Shown here piece after piece: positions 16,839-26,230 of a stretch of DNA of 51,932 bases. Below the pieces are notes generated by a model. The model was not told the origin of the DNA and made no database searches. It saw nothing but the letters and a program-made list of their open reading frames with translations. Both the position numbers and the translations under genes were made by a program. The first letter of the stretch is position 1. Each line of letters begins with the position of its first letter. The DNA is taken from the IMG/VR virus record IMGVR_UViG_3300035002_000025, positions 1 through 51,932 of that record, one strand, 5' to 3'. The DNA comes from a virus. Its lineage: Duplodnaviria; Caudoviricetes.

Positions 16839-18211
16839 TGGGCTCCCTGCGACTGGTCGTGAACAACGCGCAGCGAAGCCTCGCGGCGCTGTTCCCCGGC
16901 TTCTTCCATGGGGCCAAGCACAATCACTATGCCGACTTCGGCTACCCCGAGACGCTGACCTTCAAGCAGTTCTTCGACATGTACGCCCGCAACGGCCTTG
17001 CGCGGGCGGGCGTTGAGCGGACCATTCTCACGACGTGGCAGGACGCCCCCTGGCTTCTGGAAAAGGAGCGGGACGGCAGTCAGGGCGCAGTGAAGGACGA
17101 GACCAAGCTTGAAAAGGAGGTCCGTCTTCGTTTCACGACCCTGCGGCTCTGGCAGCATTTGGCGGAGGCCGACCGTCGGTCCCTTGTCGGTGGCTATGCC
17201 GGCGTCATCCTGCGGCTCGCTGACAACAAGTCCTTCGACCAGCCAGTGGAGCGCGTCCCCGGTGGCCTGGATGGATTGGTCGAGACCATCCCGGCATGGG
17301 AAGGCCAGCTCACGGTTTCATCGTGGGAGGACGATCAGAAATCCGAGCGCTACGGACAGCCCAAGCTGTTCGGTTTCAATGAGGCGGCGGTCGATGCCGG
17401 CCGCTCGCAGCCGCGGTCCTTCAACATCCACCCTGACCGGGTGGTGGTCTGGTCCAAGGACGGCACGGTCCACGCTCGCTCGCTTCTTGAGCCGGGCTTC
17501 AACGACCTGATGACGCTGGAGAAGATCAGCGGTGCCGGTGGCGAGGGGTTCTGGAAGAACGCCAAGTCGGCCCCGGTTCTGGAGGTCGATGCCGAGGCGA
17601 ACATCGGGGCCATGGCTGAGGCGATGGGCGTGAAGCCCGAAGAGATCGCCGACAAGATGGCCGCTCAGGTCGAGGGCTGGAACAAGGGCTTCGACAAGCT
17701 CCTGATGATGCAGGGCATCCAAGCAAAGACCCTGGGGATCACCCTGCCGAGCCCGGAGCACTTCTTCGCCATCGCGATGCAATCCTACGCGGCTTCGATC
17801 CCGATCCCGCTGAAGATCCTCGTCGGCTCTCAGAGCGGAGAGCGCGCCAGCACAGAAGATGCCTCGGAATGGGCCCGGACGATCATGTCCCGGCGCACCA
17901 ACCAGATCGTGCCGAACACGATGGAAATGGTCGAGCGCCTCGTGCGCTTCGGCATCCTTCCCGAGAAGGACTGGCATCTGGACTGGTCGGATCTGACCGA
18001 AGCCTCGATGGCCGACAAGATCGACCGGGCCAACAAGATGGCCGACGTGAACCAGAAGATGAAGGACACCGGAGAATTCATCTTCACGCCGGAGGAAATC
18101 CGCGCCGCAGTCGATCTGGAGCCGCTCTCCGACGCTGAAAAGCTCAGGGACGAGCCGGAAGACGCCGATCCCATCGGCGCCATGCCCGGCGAGCCCGAAC
18201 CGAAGGCCTGA
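16838..18211 (+). CDS. Portal protein (DUF1073-like)
   Basis: Follows terL; 457 aa; IHPDRV, GGEGFWKNA, LVGSQSGERASTED. Confidence 0.85.
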   Translation: MGSLRLVVNNAQRSLAALFPGFFHGAKHNHYADFGYPETLTFKQFFDMYARNGLARAGVERTILTTWQDAPWLLEKERDGSQGAVKDETKLEKEVRLRFTTLRLWQHLAEADRRSLVGGYAGVILRLADNKSFDQPVERVPGGLDGLVETIPAWEGQLTVSSWEDDQKSERYGQPKLFGFNEAAVDAGRSQPRSFNIHPDRVVVWSKDGTVHARSLLEPGFNDLMTLEKISGAGGEGFWKNAKSAPVLEVDAEANIGAMAEAMGVKPEEIADKMAAQVEGWNKGFDKLLMMQGIQAKTLGITLPSPEHFFAIAMQSYAASIPIPLKILVGSQSGERASTEDASEWARTIMSRRTNQIVPNTMEMVERLVRFGILPEKDWHLDWSDLTEASMADKIDRANKMADVNQKMKDTGEFIFTPEEIRAAVDLEPLSDAEKLRDEPEDADPIGAMPGEPEPKA

Positions 18212-18244
18212 CGGCCTCCCCACAATCTGACCTTGGAGGCGGCT

Positions 18245-19363
18245 GTGAAGCAGGTCCGCGTCAACATCCGCTCGCTCGCCAACACGAAGGCGGTACGGAA
18301 GGAAAAGCGCAACGGCCGGGACGTCGTCATCGTCCCCAGCGCCACGCTCCCCGACGGCATCGTGATGAACGACATCATGTACCCGAAGGACGAGATCGCG
18401 AAGTCGTTCGCGTCTCTGAACCGCACGCCGGCACCTTTCGGTCATCCGACCATCAACGGCAAGTTCGTCTCGGCCCGCGATCCCGAGGGCATCAACATCG
18501 GCTGGATCGGAGCGTGGAACGAGAACGTCCGGCAGGAGAATGGTCGGGTCTTCCTCGACAAGGTGATCGACGTCGAGCGCGCCAACCAGACCGAAGGCGG
18601 CAAGCGGGTGCTTGAAGCCATCGAAAAGGGCGAGCCTGTCCACACCTCGACCGGCCTCCTCTGCATGCTGGAGGCCGCCAACGGGGACGTCGAATACAAG
18701 CACATCGCTCGCGACATCGCGTTCGACCACGACGCCATCCTCCTCGACGAGGAGGGCGCTGCCACCCCCGATCAGGGCGTCGGCATGCTGGTCAACGCCA
18801 ACGGCGAGCACGAAGAAATCGAGGTCATCAACTCGGCCATGGATATGGCGGAGAACGACCTGGATTGGGCGGTGGATTCACTGTCCCGCGCTCTCGAACG
18901 CCGGCAGCGCGCCGGCTTTCTGGAGCGAATGAAGACCGCAATCATCGAAGCCTTCGGCTCCGAGCGGGCACCCTCTACCAACCACCAGGAGAACGACATG
19001 TCTGGTCCTACCAAGGAACAGTTCGATGCGCTTTCCGCAGAGGTCAAGACCCTCTCGGACGGCATGAAGGACATCGGCAAGACGATCGGTGACGCCATCA
19101 CGAACGCGGTCAAGCCGCTGGTCGATGCCCAGGCCACCGCGGCCGCCAACCAGAAGGCCAAGGACGACGCCGAGCTTGACGAGCTTCGGACCAAGATCGT
19201 CAAGGCCAACCTGATGGACGAGGCCGCCGCGAAGGAGCTCACGCTGAACGCCGCCCGCGCCCTCGCCAAACAGGCCGAGCCCGGTAAGGCCGCGTCGCTC
19301 AACGGCGCATTCAAGCCGGGTGGCGACAAGCCCTCCTTCAAGCTCCCCAAGGCGGAGGCCTAA
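18245..19363 (+). CDS. Prohead protease/scaffold protein (DUF2213-like)
   Basis: PAPFGHP, HTSTGL, DHDAILLDE.GA; helical scaffold-like C-terminus; GGAGG RBS before GTG 18245. Confidence 0.75.
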   Translation: MKQVRVNIRSLANTKAVRKEKRNGRDVVIVPSATLPDGIVMNDIMYPKDEIAKSFASLNRTPAPFGHPTINGKFVSARDPEGINIGWIGAWNENVRQENGRVFLDKVIDVERANQTEGGKRVLEAIEKGEPVHTSTGLLCMLEAANGDVEYKHIARDIAFDHDAILLDEEGAATPDQGVGMLVNANGEHEEIEVINSAMDMAENDLDWAVDSLSRALERRQRAGFLERMKTAIIEAFGSERAPSTNHQENDMSGPTKEQFDALSAEVKTLSDGMKDIGKTIGDAITNAVKPLVDAQATAAANQKAKDDAELDELRTKIVKANLMDEAAAKELTLNAARALAKQAEPGKAASLNGAFKPGGDKPSFKLPKAEA

Positions 19364-19366
19364 TCA

Positions 19367-19828
19367 ATGGCGCGCTACAACAAGATCTATCTCGGCCCGG
19401 TCGAGAAGACGAAGCCGCAGGTCCGCGAGCTGATCGCGAACGCTGCGCTGAAGCCCGGCCGTCTCGCGGTCATCTCGTCCGGCAAGTTCGTTCTGGCCGG
19501 CGCCACGACGATCGGCAAGCTCTGGCTGATCCAGGATAACTATCTCGCCCAAAAGGGCGTGGACGACGATTGGGCGGCGGACTCGCTGGCCATCGGCATC
19601 GAGATGCAGGACGACTGCCTTTACGCGGCTCGCGTCGCCAACGGCGTCAACGTCTCGGCCATCGGCACCGCGCTCACGCCCGGCGCCAACGGCACTCTGG
19701 CCATCGCCAGCACGTCGGACCTCGTCGTGGCGTATTCCGAGGAGGTCTACAACAACAATTCCGGCAGTGAGCAGCTCGTCCGTGTCCGCCCCGCGGGCTC
19801 GCAGAGCTACCTGTCGGCCGCCTCCTGA
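19367..19828 (+). CDS. Head decoration protein
   Basis: 153 aa, beta-rich, between scaffold and capsid. Confidence 0.7.
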   Translation: MARYNKIYLGPVEKTKPQVRELIANAALKPGRLAVISSGKFVLAGATTIGKLWLIQDNYLAQKGVDDDWAADSLAIGIEMQDDCLYAARVANGVNVSAIGTALTPGANGTLAIASTSDLVVAYSEEVYNNNSGSEQLVRVRPAGSQSYLSAAS

Positions 19829-19841
19829 GGAGACAGCGACA

Positions 19842-20906
19842 ATGCGCTACTTCGACGACACCCTTGTCGCCAGCTCTCGGCCGCACGCGGCTTGGTGGGG
19901 CGATCTTTCCGTTGCCCGCGAGCATTTCCACCGCGTCGAGGAGGGGCACGCCTCTCTGGCGGGCGAACTTCTGGGCAATGCCGCGGCCATCCTGCCGCGC
20001 GACGCATGGCTCGATCTCGACGGCATCACCCGCCGCGTGATGCGCAACGACGAAGGTCAGGTCTACATGGCCGACCTGATGCCGCTGGCGAAGGCGGTCA
20101 ACATCGGCAAGCTGGTCCACATGACCCGCGTGTCCGGTGATGCCGGCATGGTCGTTCGCTCGATGAGCGGTCAGGTCGCCGTGCCGCTGGACAAGGTGGC
20201 CTACGACTATCGCGGCGTTCCTGTGCCGATCTTCGCCACGGCCTATGGCCGGGAATGGCGCGAATGGAACACCCTGCAGTCCGAGAACTTCGACGCTCTC
20301 GCCGACGACCAGGAAGCCCACACCGCCAAGATTCGCCGGAACATGGCGCAGTACGTCCTCGACGGCGACGCTTCGATCGTCTTCCAGGGCTATGCCGCAG
20401 CCGGCATCCGCACCTCCTCGCTGTCCAAGGTGATCAACCTCGGCTCGGCGGGCGGCGGCGCCAACATCGACCTGACCGCGGCGAACACCACGTCGGACGC
20501 CATCGACGCGTTCTTCACCCAGACGCTGGGCGCGATGCTAGACAACAACCTGATCACGGGCAAGGTGAACATCTACGTCTCGCCCGAGATCGGCCGGAAC
20601 CTCGACCGCTCCTATTCGGGCTCGGCTGGGTTCAAGGGCGGCACGCTGATGAGCTACCTGCTCACCAACCGCCGCATCGGCAAGATCGCCGTCACCTACG
20701 AGCTGTCGGGCAACCAGTTCTTCGGCTTCGTGCCGAGCAGCGACTTCATCCGCCCGCTCGTCGGCATGGCTGTGAACACCACGGCGATGACCCGCCTCAA
20801 CCCAACCGACAACTACCAGTTCCTCGTCATGGGCGCGCTGGGGCTGGAAATCCGGGCGGACATCAACGGCAAGGCCGGCGTGTTCTACACGACCGACGTC
20901 GACTGA
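19842..20906 (+). CDS. Major capsid protein
   Basis: 354 aa, AGGAG RBS, position, strongly biased codon usage, followed by hairpin. Confidence 0.85.
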   Translation: MRYFDDTLVASSRPHAAWWGDLSVAREHFHRVEEGHASLAGELLGNAAAILPRDAWLDLDGITRRVMRNDEGQVYMADLMPLAKAVNIGKLVHMTRVSGDAGMVVRSMSGQVAVPLDKVAYDYRGVPVPIFATAYGREWREWNTLQSENFDALADDQEAHTAKIRRNMAQYVLDGDASIVFQGYAAAGIRTSSLSKVINLGSAGGGANIDLTAANTTSDAIDAFFTQTLGAMLDNNLITGKVNIYVSPEIGRNLDRSYSGSAGFKGGTLMSYLLTNRRIGKIAVTYELSGNQFFGFVPSSDFIRPLVGMAVNTTAMTRLNPTDNYQFLVMGALGLEIRADINGKAGVFYTTDVD

Positions 20907-20912
20907 CCTCGC

Positions 20913-20934
20913 GGCCTCGCCTTCGGGCGGGGCC
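20913..20934 (+). terminator. Hairpin after capsid gene (weak terminator or stabiliser)
   Basis: GGCCTCGCC-TTCG-GGCGGGGCC with cUUCGg loop; no strong U tract. Confidence 0.55.
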
Positions 20935-20961
20935 TCATCCCTTCCTGATGAGGAGCGCGCT

Positions 20962-21288
20962 ATGCGCATCAAGATCACGAAGCCCGGCATCTACAATGCC
21001 AAGGGCGAAGAGATCGCGGTCGGTACCGAACTGACCGTGAAGAGCGAACCGGCTGGCTGGGCGGGTCGCTACGAGGTCATTTCGGGCAGCGATGGCGACA
21101 AGACCGCCGTCACCAATCCGAAGCCCTCCGCCGTCAAGGCCATCCACCACGGCGGCGGCAAGTTCAACGTCGTCGATGGCGACGAGGTTCTGCTGCCCGG
21201 CCTCTCCAAGGCTGACGCGGACTCGTTCAACGACATGTCGGACGAGGACAAGGCCGCCTACGTCGCCGCCGAGAAGGCGAAGGCCTGA
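20962..21288 (+). CDS. Hypothetical virion-associated protein
   Basis: GAGGAG RBS; within head module. Confidence 0.7.
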   Translation: MRIKITKPGIYNAKGEEIAVGTELTVKSEPAGWAGRYEVISGSDGDKTAVTNPKPSAVKAIHHGGGKFNVVDGDEVLLPGLSKADADSFNDMSDEDKAAYVAAEKAKA

Positions 21289-21291
21289 CCG

Positions 21292-21780
21292 ATGGCCGGC
21301 TACGGTGCAGACGATGGGTTCACGGCCTGGCTCGCCGGGGAGGGGCTCACTCTCCCCGGCGATGCCCCGGCCGTAGCAGTCCTTCGCCAGCGCGGTAGCC
21401 GGTACATCGACGCCACCTACGGCAGCCGGTTCTCCGGCTCGCCGACGGGTGGCATAGACCAGGAACGGGCATGGCCTCGGTCTGGAGCCTGCGCATACGG
21501 GGTCTCGATTGCGGACGACGTGATCCCAGATGCCGTTGTCGAGGCCAGCTATTTCGCGGCCTTCCAGGAGGCCAAGTCTCCCGGAAGTCTCTCCGCGGCA
21601 GTCGCCGGCTCTAAGCAGGTGAAGCGGCAGAAGGTCGAGGGCATCGAGCGCGAGTTCTTCGAAAGCGGCTCCGGCGACGCGGTCGACGATGCCCGTCTGA
21701 AACTGACGGATGTCGAAGGTCTCCTCGCGCCATTCCTGACGGCCGATGCTGCCGGCGCCCCCTGGCTGATGGTCGTCTGA
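21292..21780 (+). CDS. Head-tail adaptor (DnaT-like family)
   Basis: YIDA...QERAWPR...IPDAVVEA...KVEGIEREF. Confidence 0.75.
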   Translation: MAGYGADDGFTAWLAGEGLTLPGDAPAVAVLRQRGSRYIDATYGSRFSGSPTGGIDQERAWPRSGACAYGVSIADDVIPDAVVEASYFAAFQEAKSPGSLSAAVAGSKQVKRQKVEGIEREFFESGSGDAVDDARLKLTDVEGLLAPFLTADAAGAPWLMVV

Positions 21781-22136
21781 TGACGTTCTACGAGGAGATG
21801 CAGGGCGTCGCGAGCGACCTGCTCGGCGAGTTCCGGCAGGGCGTGGTGATCCTCACCAAGACCGTCACGGCTCCGGGCCCGAATGACTGGACGCCGGGCA
21901 CCGAGACCTCGACCGACTATCCGCTGGATGCCGTCGTTCGCGCGGTCGAGGACAAGTACGTCGACGGCACGACGGTCCTCACGACCGATCGGCAGGTCAC
22001 CTGCTCCGTTCTCGCTGTCGAGATTGAGCCCGGCGACCGGCTGGCGATCGACGGCAAGGCAGTGACACTGGTCAAGGTCATGCGCATCCCGGCCGCTGGG
22101 ATGGCGGTCGCGTGGAAGATGATCGTCAGGGGCTGA
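21780..22136 (+). CDS. Head closure protein
   Basis: 118 aa; YVDGTTV...IEPGDRLAIDG; position. Confidence 0.7.
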   Translation: MTFYEEMQGVASDLLGEFRQGVVILTKTVTAPGPNDWTPGTETSTDYPLDAVVRAVEDKYVDGTTVLTTDRQVTCSVLAVEIEPGDRLAIDGKAVTLVKVMRIPAAGMAVAWKMIVRG

Positions 22137-22418
22137 TCAGTCCGGCGGGGTTCGGATCGCGGAGAGCGGCGATGCCGTCTCGATCACCTCTTCGCCACCC
22201 TTCTTCGCGTTCCGCAGATCAACCTCATGGTCTGCGGCTTCCTGCTCCATCGACTTCACTGGGGCCGGCTTGTCGCGGGGCGGCGGCTCCTCGATCTCGC
22301 GCTTGTCGGCAGGGTCTCGGCGATCATCGCCAGGCGCTTCCAGCGGCTTGTGGTCGGGGTTCGTGTCGGGTTCCGGCGGTCGGTCGGTGCCGGGATCTTT
22401 TCTTTCGGGGTGGCCCAT
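22137..22418 (-). CDS. Moron: small charged, Pro-rich disordered protein
   Basis: MGHPERKDPGTDRPPEPD...; AAGGAG RBS; antisense to late operon; own EcfG-type promoter. Confidence 0.7.
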   Translation of the reverse strand: MGHPERKDPGTDRPPEPDTNPDHKPLEAPGDDRRDPADKREIEEPPPRDKPAPVKSMEQEAADHEVDLRNAKKGGEEVIETASPLSAIRTPPD

Positions 22419-22444
22419 CGATGTCTCCTTCGCTGCGTGAAGTG

Positions 22445-22469
22445 AACGAGGGGCGAGGGGGCATGTTCC
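22445..22469 (-). promoter_or_regulatory. EcfG/sigmaT-type general stress promoter
   Basis: Minus strand GGAAC-N16-CGTT, 26 nt upstream of ATG 22418. Confidence 0.75.
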
Positions 22470-22470
22470 T

Positions 22471-23478
22471 TTGCTGAACCGCTGGGACCAGTTCATCCAG
22501 TCGTGGGAGCCGGCGCTTCAGAAGGCCTTCCTCGACGGGGTCTACCGGATCAGGGATGGAGCACAGATCGCGCTGATTGCAGAGCGGATGGAGCGGGGTG
22601 ATGTCGAGGGCGCCATTCGTGCGGTAGGCCTCGACCCGACCAAGTTCCGCGAGCTCGATGCGAAGCTGGCAGAGGCCTTCGCCGCTGGCGGCCGCTACAC
22701 CGAGGGCAGGATTCCCGCGACCCGCGATCCCAGCGGTTTCCGCTTGGACATTCTCTTCGACATCCGCAACCCGCGGGCGGAAAGCTGGCTGCGGGATCAC
22801 TCTTCGACGCTGATCCGGCAGATAACCGACGACCAGCGCAACATGGTCCGACAGGTTCTGACGCAGGGAATGGTGGAGGGCCGGAACCCTCGCATGGTCG
22901 CGCTGGAACTCGCCGGCCGGCTCAACCGAGCCTCGGGACGCAGGGAAGGCGGGCTCATCGGCCTCACGGCCACCCAGCAGGACTGGGCGAGGAACTACGC
23001 TCGGGAACTCGCGACGGGCGATCCCAAGGCGCTGGAGCGCGCCCTTCGCGACAAGCGCTTCGACGCCACGATCCGGCGAGCCATCCGCGAGGGTAGGGGG
23101 CTCACGAAGGAAGAGGCGCTCCCGGTCTTCCGATCCTACCTGAACCGGGCCCTACGCCTTCGGGCAGAGACGATCGCACGCACCGAGGCCATGGCAGCGC
23201 TCCACAAATCGTCTCAAGAGGCGATGCAGCAGGCCATCGACGCCGGACAGGTCGATGAGGCCGCGGTGACGAAGGTCTGGCACAGCGCGCGCGACAGGCG
23301 CGTCAGGGACACGCACCGGGCCATGAACGGCCAGTCGGTCGGGTTCCGGGCGGAGTTCGTGTCGCCTTCCGGCGCTCGGCTTAGGTTCCCAGGCGATCCG
23401 TCGGCGCCAGCCGAAGAGATCATCAACTGCCGCTGCTGGGCGGACTACTCGGTGGATTTCCTGCGGGACGTGGACTGA
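22471..23478 (+). CDS. Head morphogenesis protein (Mu gpF / SPP1 gp7-like)
   Basis: RAETIARTE, KVWHSARDRRVRDTH, FPGDP...INCRC. Confidence 0.9.
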   Translation: MLNRWDQFIQSWEPALQKAFLDGVYRIRDGAQIALIAERMERGDVEGAIRAVGLDPTKFRELDAKLAEAFAAGGRYTEGRIPATRDPSGFRLDILFDIRNPRAESWLRDHSSTLIRQITDDQRNMVRQVLTQGMVEGRNPRMVALELAGRLNRASGRREGGLIGLTATQQDWARNYARELATGDPKALERALRDKRFDATIRRAIREGRGLTKEEALPVFRSYLNRALRLRAETIARTEAMAALHKSSQEAMQQAIDAGQVDEAAVTKVWHSARDRRVRDTHRAMNGQSVGFRAEFVSPSGARLRFPGDPSAPAEEIINCRCWADYSVDFLRDVD

Positions 23479-23894
23479 TGGCCGTCTCGAACCTCTCCTT
23501 CAGCGCTCAGGTCGAGGCGCTGGTGAAGAAGACCGAGCGAAACATGGAGGCGGTGTTTCGGGAGGCCTCCCGGCGCGTGATCACCGAGGCACAGACCAAT
23601 GTTCCGGTCGATACCGGGTTCCTGCGCTCATCGCTGCAGGTCGGCGTCAATGTCCCGGTGCCGCCGGCCAGTCGGCCACAGACCACGCCAGGGGCGGTAC
23701 CAAGCATCTCGGCGGTGATTGCCGGCGCCAGCCTCGGCGACACGATCACCGCCGGGTACACGGCGAATTATGCCCTCTATGTCGAGTATGGCGCCCGCGG
23801 TAGGCCTCCGGTCCGCTTTGTCGGCCGGGCCGTCTCGCAATGGCAGTCAATCGTCAACCGGGTGGTGGCCGAGGTGAATGCTCGGGGCCGGTAA
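23478..23894 (+). CDS. HK97 gp10-like tail completion protein
   Basis: PVDTGFLRSS, YALYVEYG. Confidence 0.85.
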   Translation: MAVSNLSFSAQVEALVKKTERNMEAVFREASRRVITEAQTNVPVDTGFLRSSLQVGVNVPVPPASRPQTTPGAVPSISAVIAGASLGDTITAGYTANYALYVEYGARGRPPVRFVGRAVSQWQSIVNRVVAEVNARGR

Positions 23895-24081
23895 GGCCCT
23901 CGATCCGGCTGGCGTTGTCTTCCATCGCCTTCACCAATCCGAACTGCAGCAGGGTCAGCATCTGACGGCCGGCCTCTAGGGCGGTGTTCCCGCGCGTCGT
24001 CTCACCGATATCGGTCCCAAGCGCTTCCACGGCGGCACAGAGCCGCTCGTGAACTTCCTCGTCCGTCAACTCGATCACCAT
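23854..24081 (-). CDS. Moron: small hypothetical protein, probably leaderless
   Basis: Fills gap between tail genes; minus-strand TTGGTC-N17-TAGGCT ends 6 nt before ATG. Confidence 0.55.
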   Translation of the reverse strand: MVIELTDEEVHERLCAAVEALGTDIGETTRGNTALEAGRQMLTLLQFGLVKAMEDNASRIEGLTGPEHSPRPPPG

Positions 24082-24134
24082 GCCGGAAGCCTATCAGCGA
24101 CCGGCATAGGGACCAACCGAAGAAGGTTCGGCTC

Positions 24135-24554
24135 ATGGCAACAGCGGTCGAGACCAAGATCGCCGAGGCCCTGTTCGCGCACCTCAAGGCGCTGGTGTTC
24201 TCGCCGGTCCTCCGGATCGCCTTCCCGAATATGGAGTTCGAGCCCCCAGCGGACGGTAAGTGGCTCCGGGCGACATTCCATCCTGTCACCGGCGGAGACC
24301 GGCTGATCGGGTCCGATGATCCCTCGCGCATCGGCGGCTTCATGCAGGTGTCGGTGTTCTGGCCGTTGAACCGTGGCGAGGGGGAGCCGCGAGATGTCGC
24401 GGGCCAGATCGCCAGCCATTTCGCAGTCGACCTGCGGCTCGAACCTTCCGACGCGTCGGTGCGGATCATACGCCGACCCGACGTCGGCCCCATGCTCGTC
24501 GAGAACATCGGCGTGCAAATCCCGGTCTCGATCTATTTCGAGGCCTTCGCCTAA
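24135..24554 (+). CDS. Tail terminator protein (DUF4128-like)
   Basis: IAFPN..FEPP..GKWLR...GFMQVSVFWP; precedes tail tube. Confidence 0.8.
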   Translation: MATAVETKIAEALFAHLKALVFSPVLRIAFPNMEFEPPADGKWLRATFHPVTGGDRLIGSDDPSRIGGFMQVSVFWPLNRGEGEPRDVAGQIASHFAVDLRLEPSDASVRIIRRPDVGPMLVENIGVQIPVSIYFEAFA

Positions 24555-24594
24555 GGCCCGCCTGGGCTCCCTCACAACCAAATAGGAGGTCGCG

Positions 24595-25326
24595 ATGGCG
24601 ACGCTGTACCCTGTTGCGGGCTGCAAGATCTATATCGGCGCCGCGATCGAACTGCCGGATGGTGACGCGGTCGAAGCGGATTTCGCATCTGTTTCGTGGA
24701 CCCGAATTCGCAAGTGGCAGCAGATGGGCGACTTCGGCGACACCGCCGCCCTCATCACGTCCCAGATCATCGACGAGCAGCGGGATATCAAGCAGAAGGG
24801 GTCGAGAAACGCCGGCCAGATGCAGAACGTGTTCGCTGCCGCTGCTGAGGACGAAGGCCAACTCGCACTCATCGCCGCCGAGAAGACGCACCACAACTAC
24901 CCGTTCAAGATCGAGCTGAACGACATCCCGGCTCCGCGCGCGTTCGCAGCGACGATCTCGCAGGCATCCCCCGGGGTCGTGACGAAGGTCGATCATGGCC
25001 TTGCGGTCAACGACGCTGTGGTCTTCTCGACGACCGGCGCGCTCCCGACCGGCCTGACCGCCGGCGTGACCTACTATGTCCGGACGGTTCTGGACGATGA
25101 CACGTTCACCGTCTCTGCGACGAAGGGCGGCTCGGCCATCAACACGTCGTCGGCCGGGTCCGGCACGCACACCGTCACCACCTCGCCCACGGCATCCCAG
25201 CGGATGTTCATGGGCCTCGTGATGACTGCTCAGGAAACGGGCGGCGCGGCCAACACCACCCGCAATCTCAACGCCACCGTCGAGATCAACAGCAACATCG
25301 TCCGCGTCGAGCCGACCGGCGCCTGA
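24595..25326 (+). CDS. Major tail tube protein with inserted beta domain
   Basis: MGDFGD...KQKGSRNAG...GQLALIAA...YPFKIELND and C-terminal FMGLVM...NATVEINS flank an approx. 80-aa insert. Confidence 0.85.
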   Translation: MATLYPVAGCKIYIGAAIELPDGDAVEADFASVSWTRIRKWQQMGDFGDTAALITSQIIDEQRDIKQKGSRNAGQMQNVFAAAAEDEGQLALIAAEKTHHNYPFKIELNDIPAPRAFAATISQASPGVVTKVDHGLAVNDAVVFSTTGALPTGLTAGVTYYVRTVLDDDTFTVSATKGGSAINTSSAGSGTHTVTTSPTASQRMFMGLVMTAQETGGAANTTRNLNATVEINSNIVRVEPTGA

Positions 25327-25760
25327 TGCCGCGAACCACTGAAGGGGGAACGCCCGTGAACACTCCGAAGGCCTTTGACCTGGCCGATTTCGACTCCTTG
25401 ATCTCTTCGCAGGAGGAGGGCTTGGACGTCGAAATCGTCCATCCGAAGACGCGCGAGCCGCTCGGCATTTCCATTCGAATTGCCGGGCCGGACAGCAAGC
25501 GCCAGCAGGACGCGGTGAATCGTCAGATCGATGCGCGCCTGCGAACCCAGAGCGCGGAGCCTCTCACAGCCGAGGAGACGCGGGAGAACAATCTGCGACT
25601 CCTGGCGTCAAGCGTAATCACATGGAGCGGTGTCGTGCTCGATGGCAAGCCGCTGGACAGCACGATCGACAACGCCGTCCTCGTGTTCCGCCGCTTCCCC
25701 TTCATCAAGGAGCAGGTCGACGCGAAGGCGGGTAACCGTGCGGCTTTTTTGACGGCCTGA
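25326..25760 (+). CDS. Tail assembly chaperone (gpG-like)
   Basis: IRIAGPDSK...FPFIKEQVD...NRAAF; follows tail tube. Confidence 0.8.
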   Translation: MPRTTEGGTPVNTPKAFDLADFDSLISSQEEGLDVEIVHPKTREPLGISIRIAGPDSKRQQDAVNRQIDARLRTQSAEPLTAEETRENNLRLLASSVITWSGVVLDGKPLDSTIDNAVLVFRRFPFIKEQVDAKAGNRAAFLTA

Positions 25761-26101
25761 TCGTCGCGCTCAAGGGCGCGGTTCGGACGGATCAGGCAGG
25801 CTCCAATCCTTATCGGGGCCTGCCAGCGGCCGCCGAGCACGTATGGCTCTGGTTCCGAGAATTGGAGTCGGCCCGGAGCGGGAACGGCTACGGGCCGAAC
25901 CCCATCAGCTATTCCGAGATTGCTGCTTGGTCGAATCTCACCGGCCGCGCGCCTCGGCCGTGGGAGGTGTCGGCGCTCCGCGCCATGGACGACACGCGCA
26001 TAGCGCTGTTCAGCGCGAAACAGGGCGCCGCCGATGATGACGCCCCCCCGACTTCCCAGCGCGAACTGACGCCCGCACTCTTCGACGCGCTGTTCGGGTG
26101 A
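25745..26101 (+). CDS. Tail chaperone -1 frameshift extension (gpGT-like)
   Basis: Slippery T TTT TTG (25745-25751); -1 frame open to 26101 encoding HVWLWFRELESAR..G.GPNPISYSEIAAW...WEV.AL..MD. Confidence 0.75.
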   Translation, partial: FFDGLIVALKGAVRTDQAGSNPYRGLPAAAEHVWLWFRELESARSGNGYGPNPISYSEIAAWSNLTGRAPRPWEVSALRAMDDTRIALFSAKQGAADDDAPPTSQRELTPALFDALFG

Positions 26102-26143
26102 AATGGCGAAAACAAGCCATTTCGAGAACAATGTTGCATGTAT

Positions 26144-26158
26144 GTTCTCTGTATGTTC
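26144..26158 (+). promoter_or_regulatory. Alphaproteobacterial LexA (SOS) box
   Basis: GTTC-tctgtat-GTTC in AT-rich gap upstream of dprA-like gene; TTGCAT at 26134-26139. Confidence 0.75.
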
Positions 26159-26230
26159 TTATGCCTGCATGTTTCCAGTTGACGCGGAAACCGAATCTCC
26201 TTGGATGAGTTTTGTGGGGGAGGACACGCT

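Noticed and set aside
17318-18811. 497-aa minus-strand ORF and similar long antisense ORFs (e.g. 30507-31376, 34588-35631)
   Set aside because: Shadow frames of high-GC structural genes with no recognisable motifs
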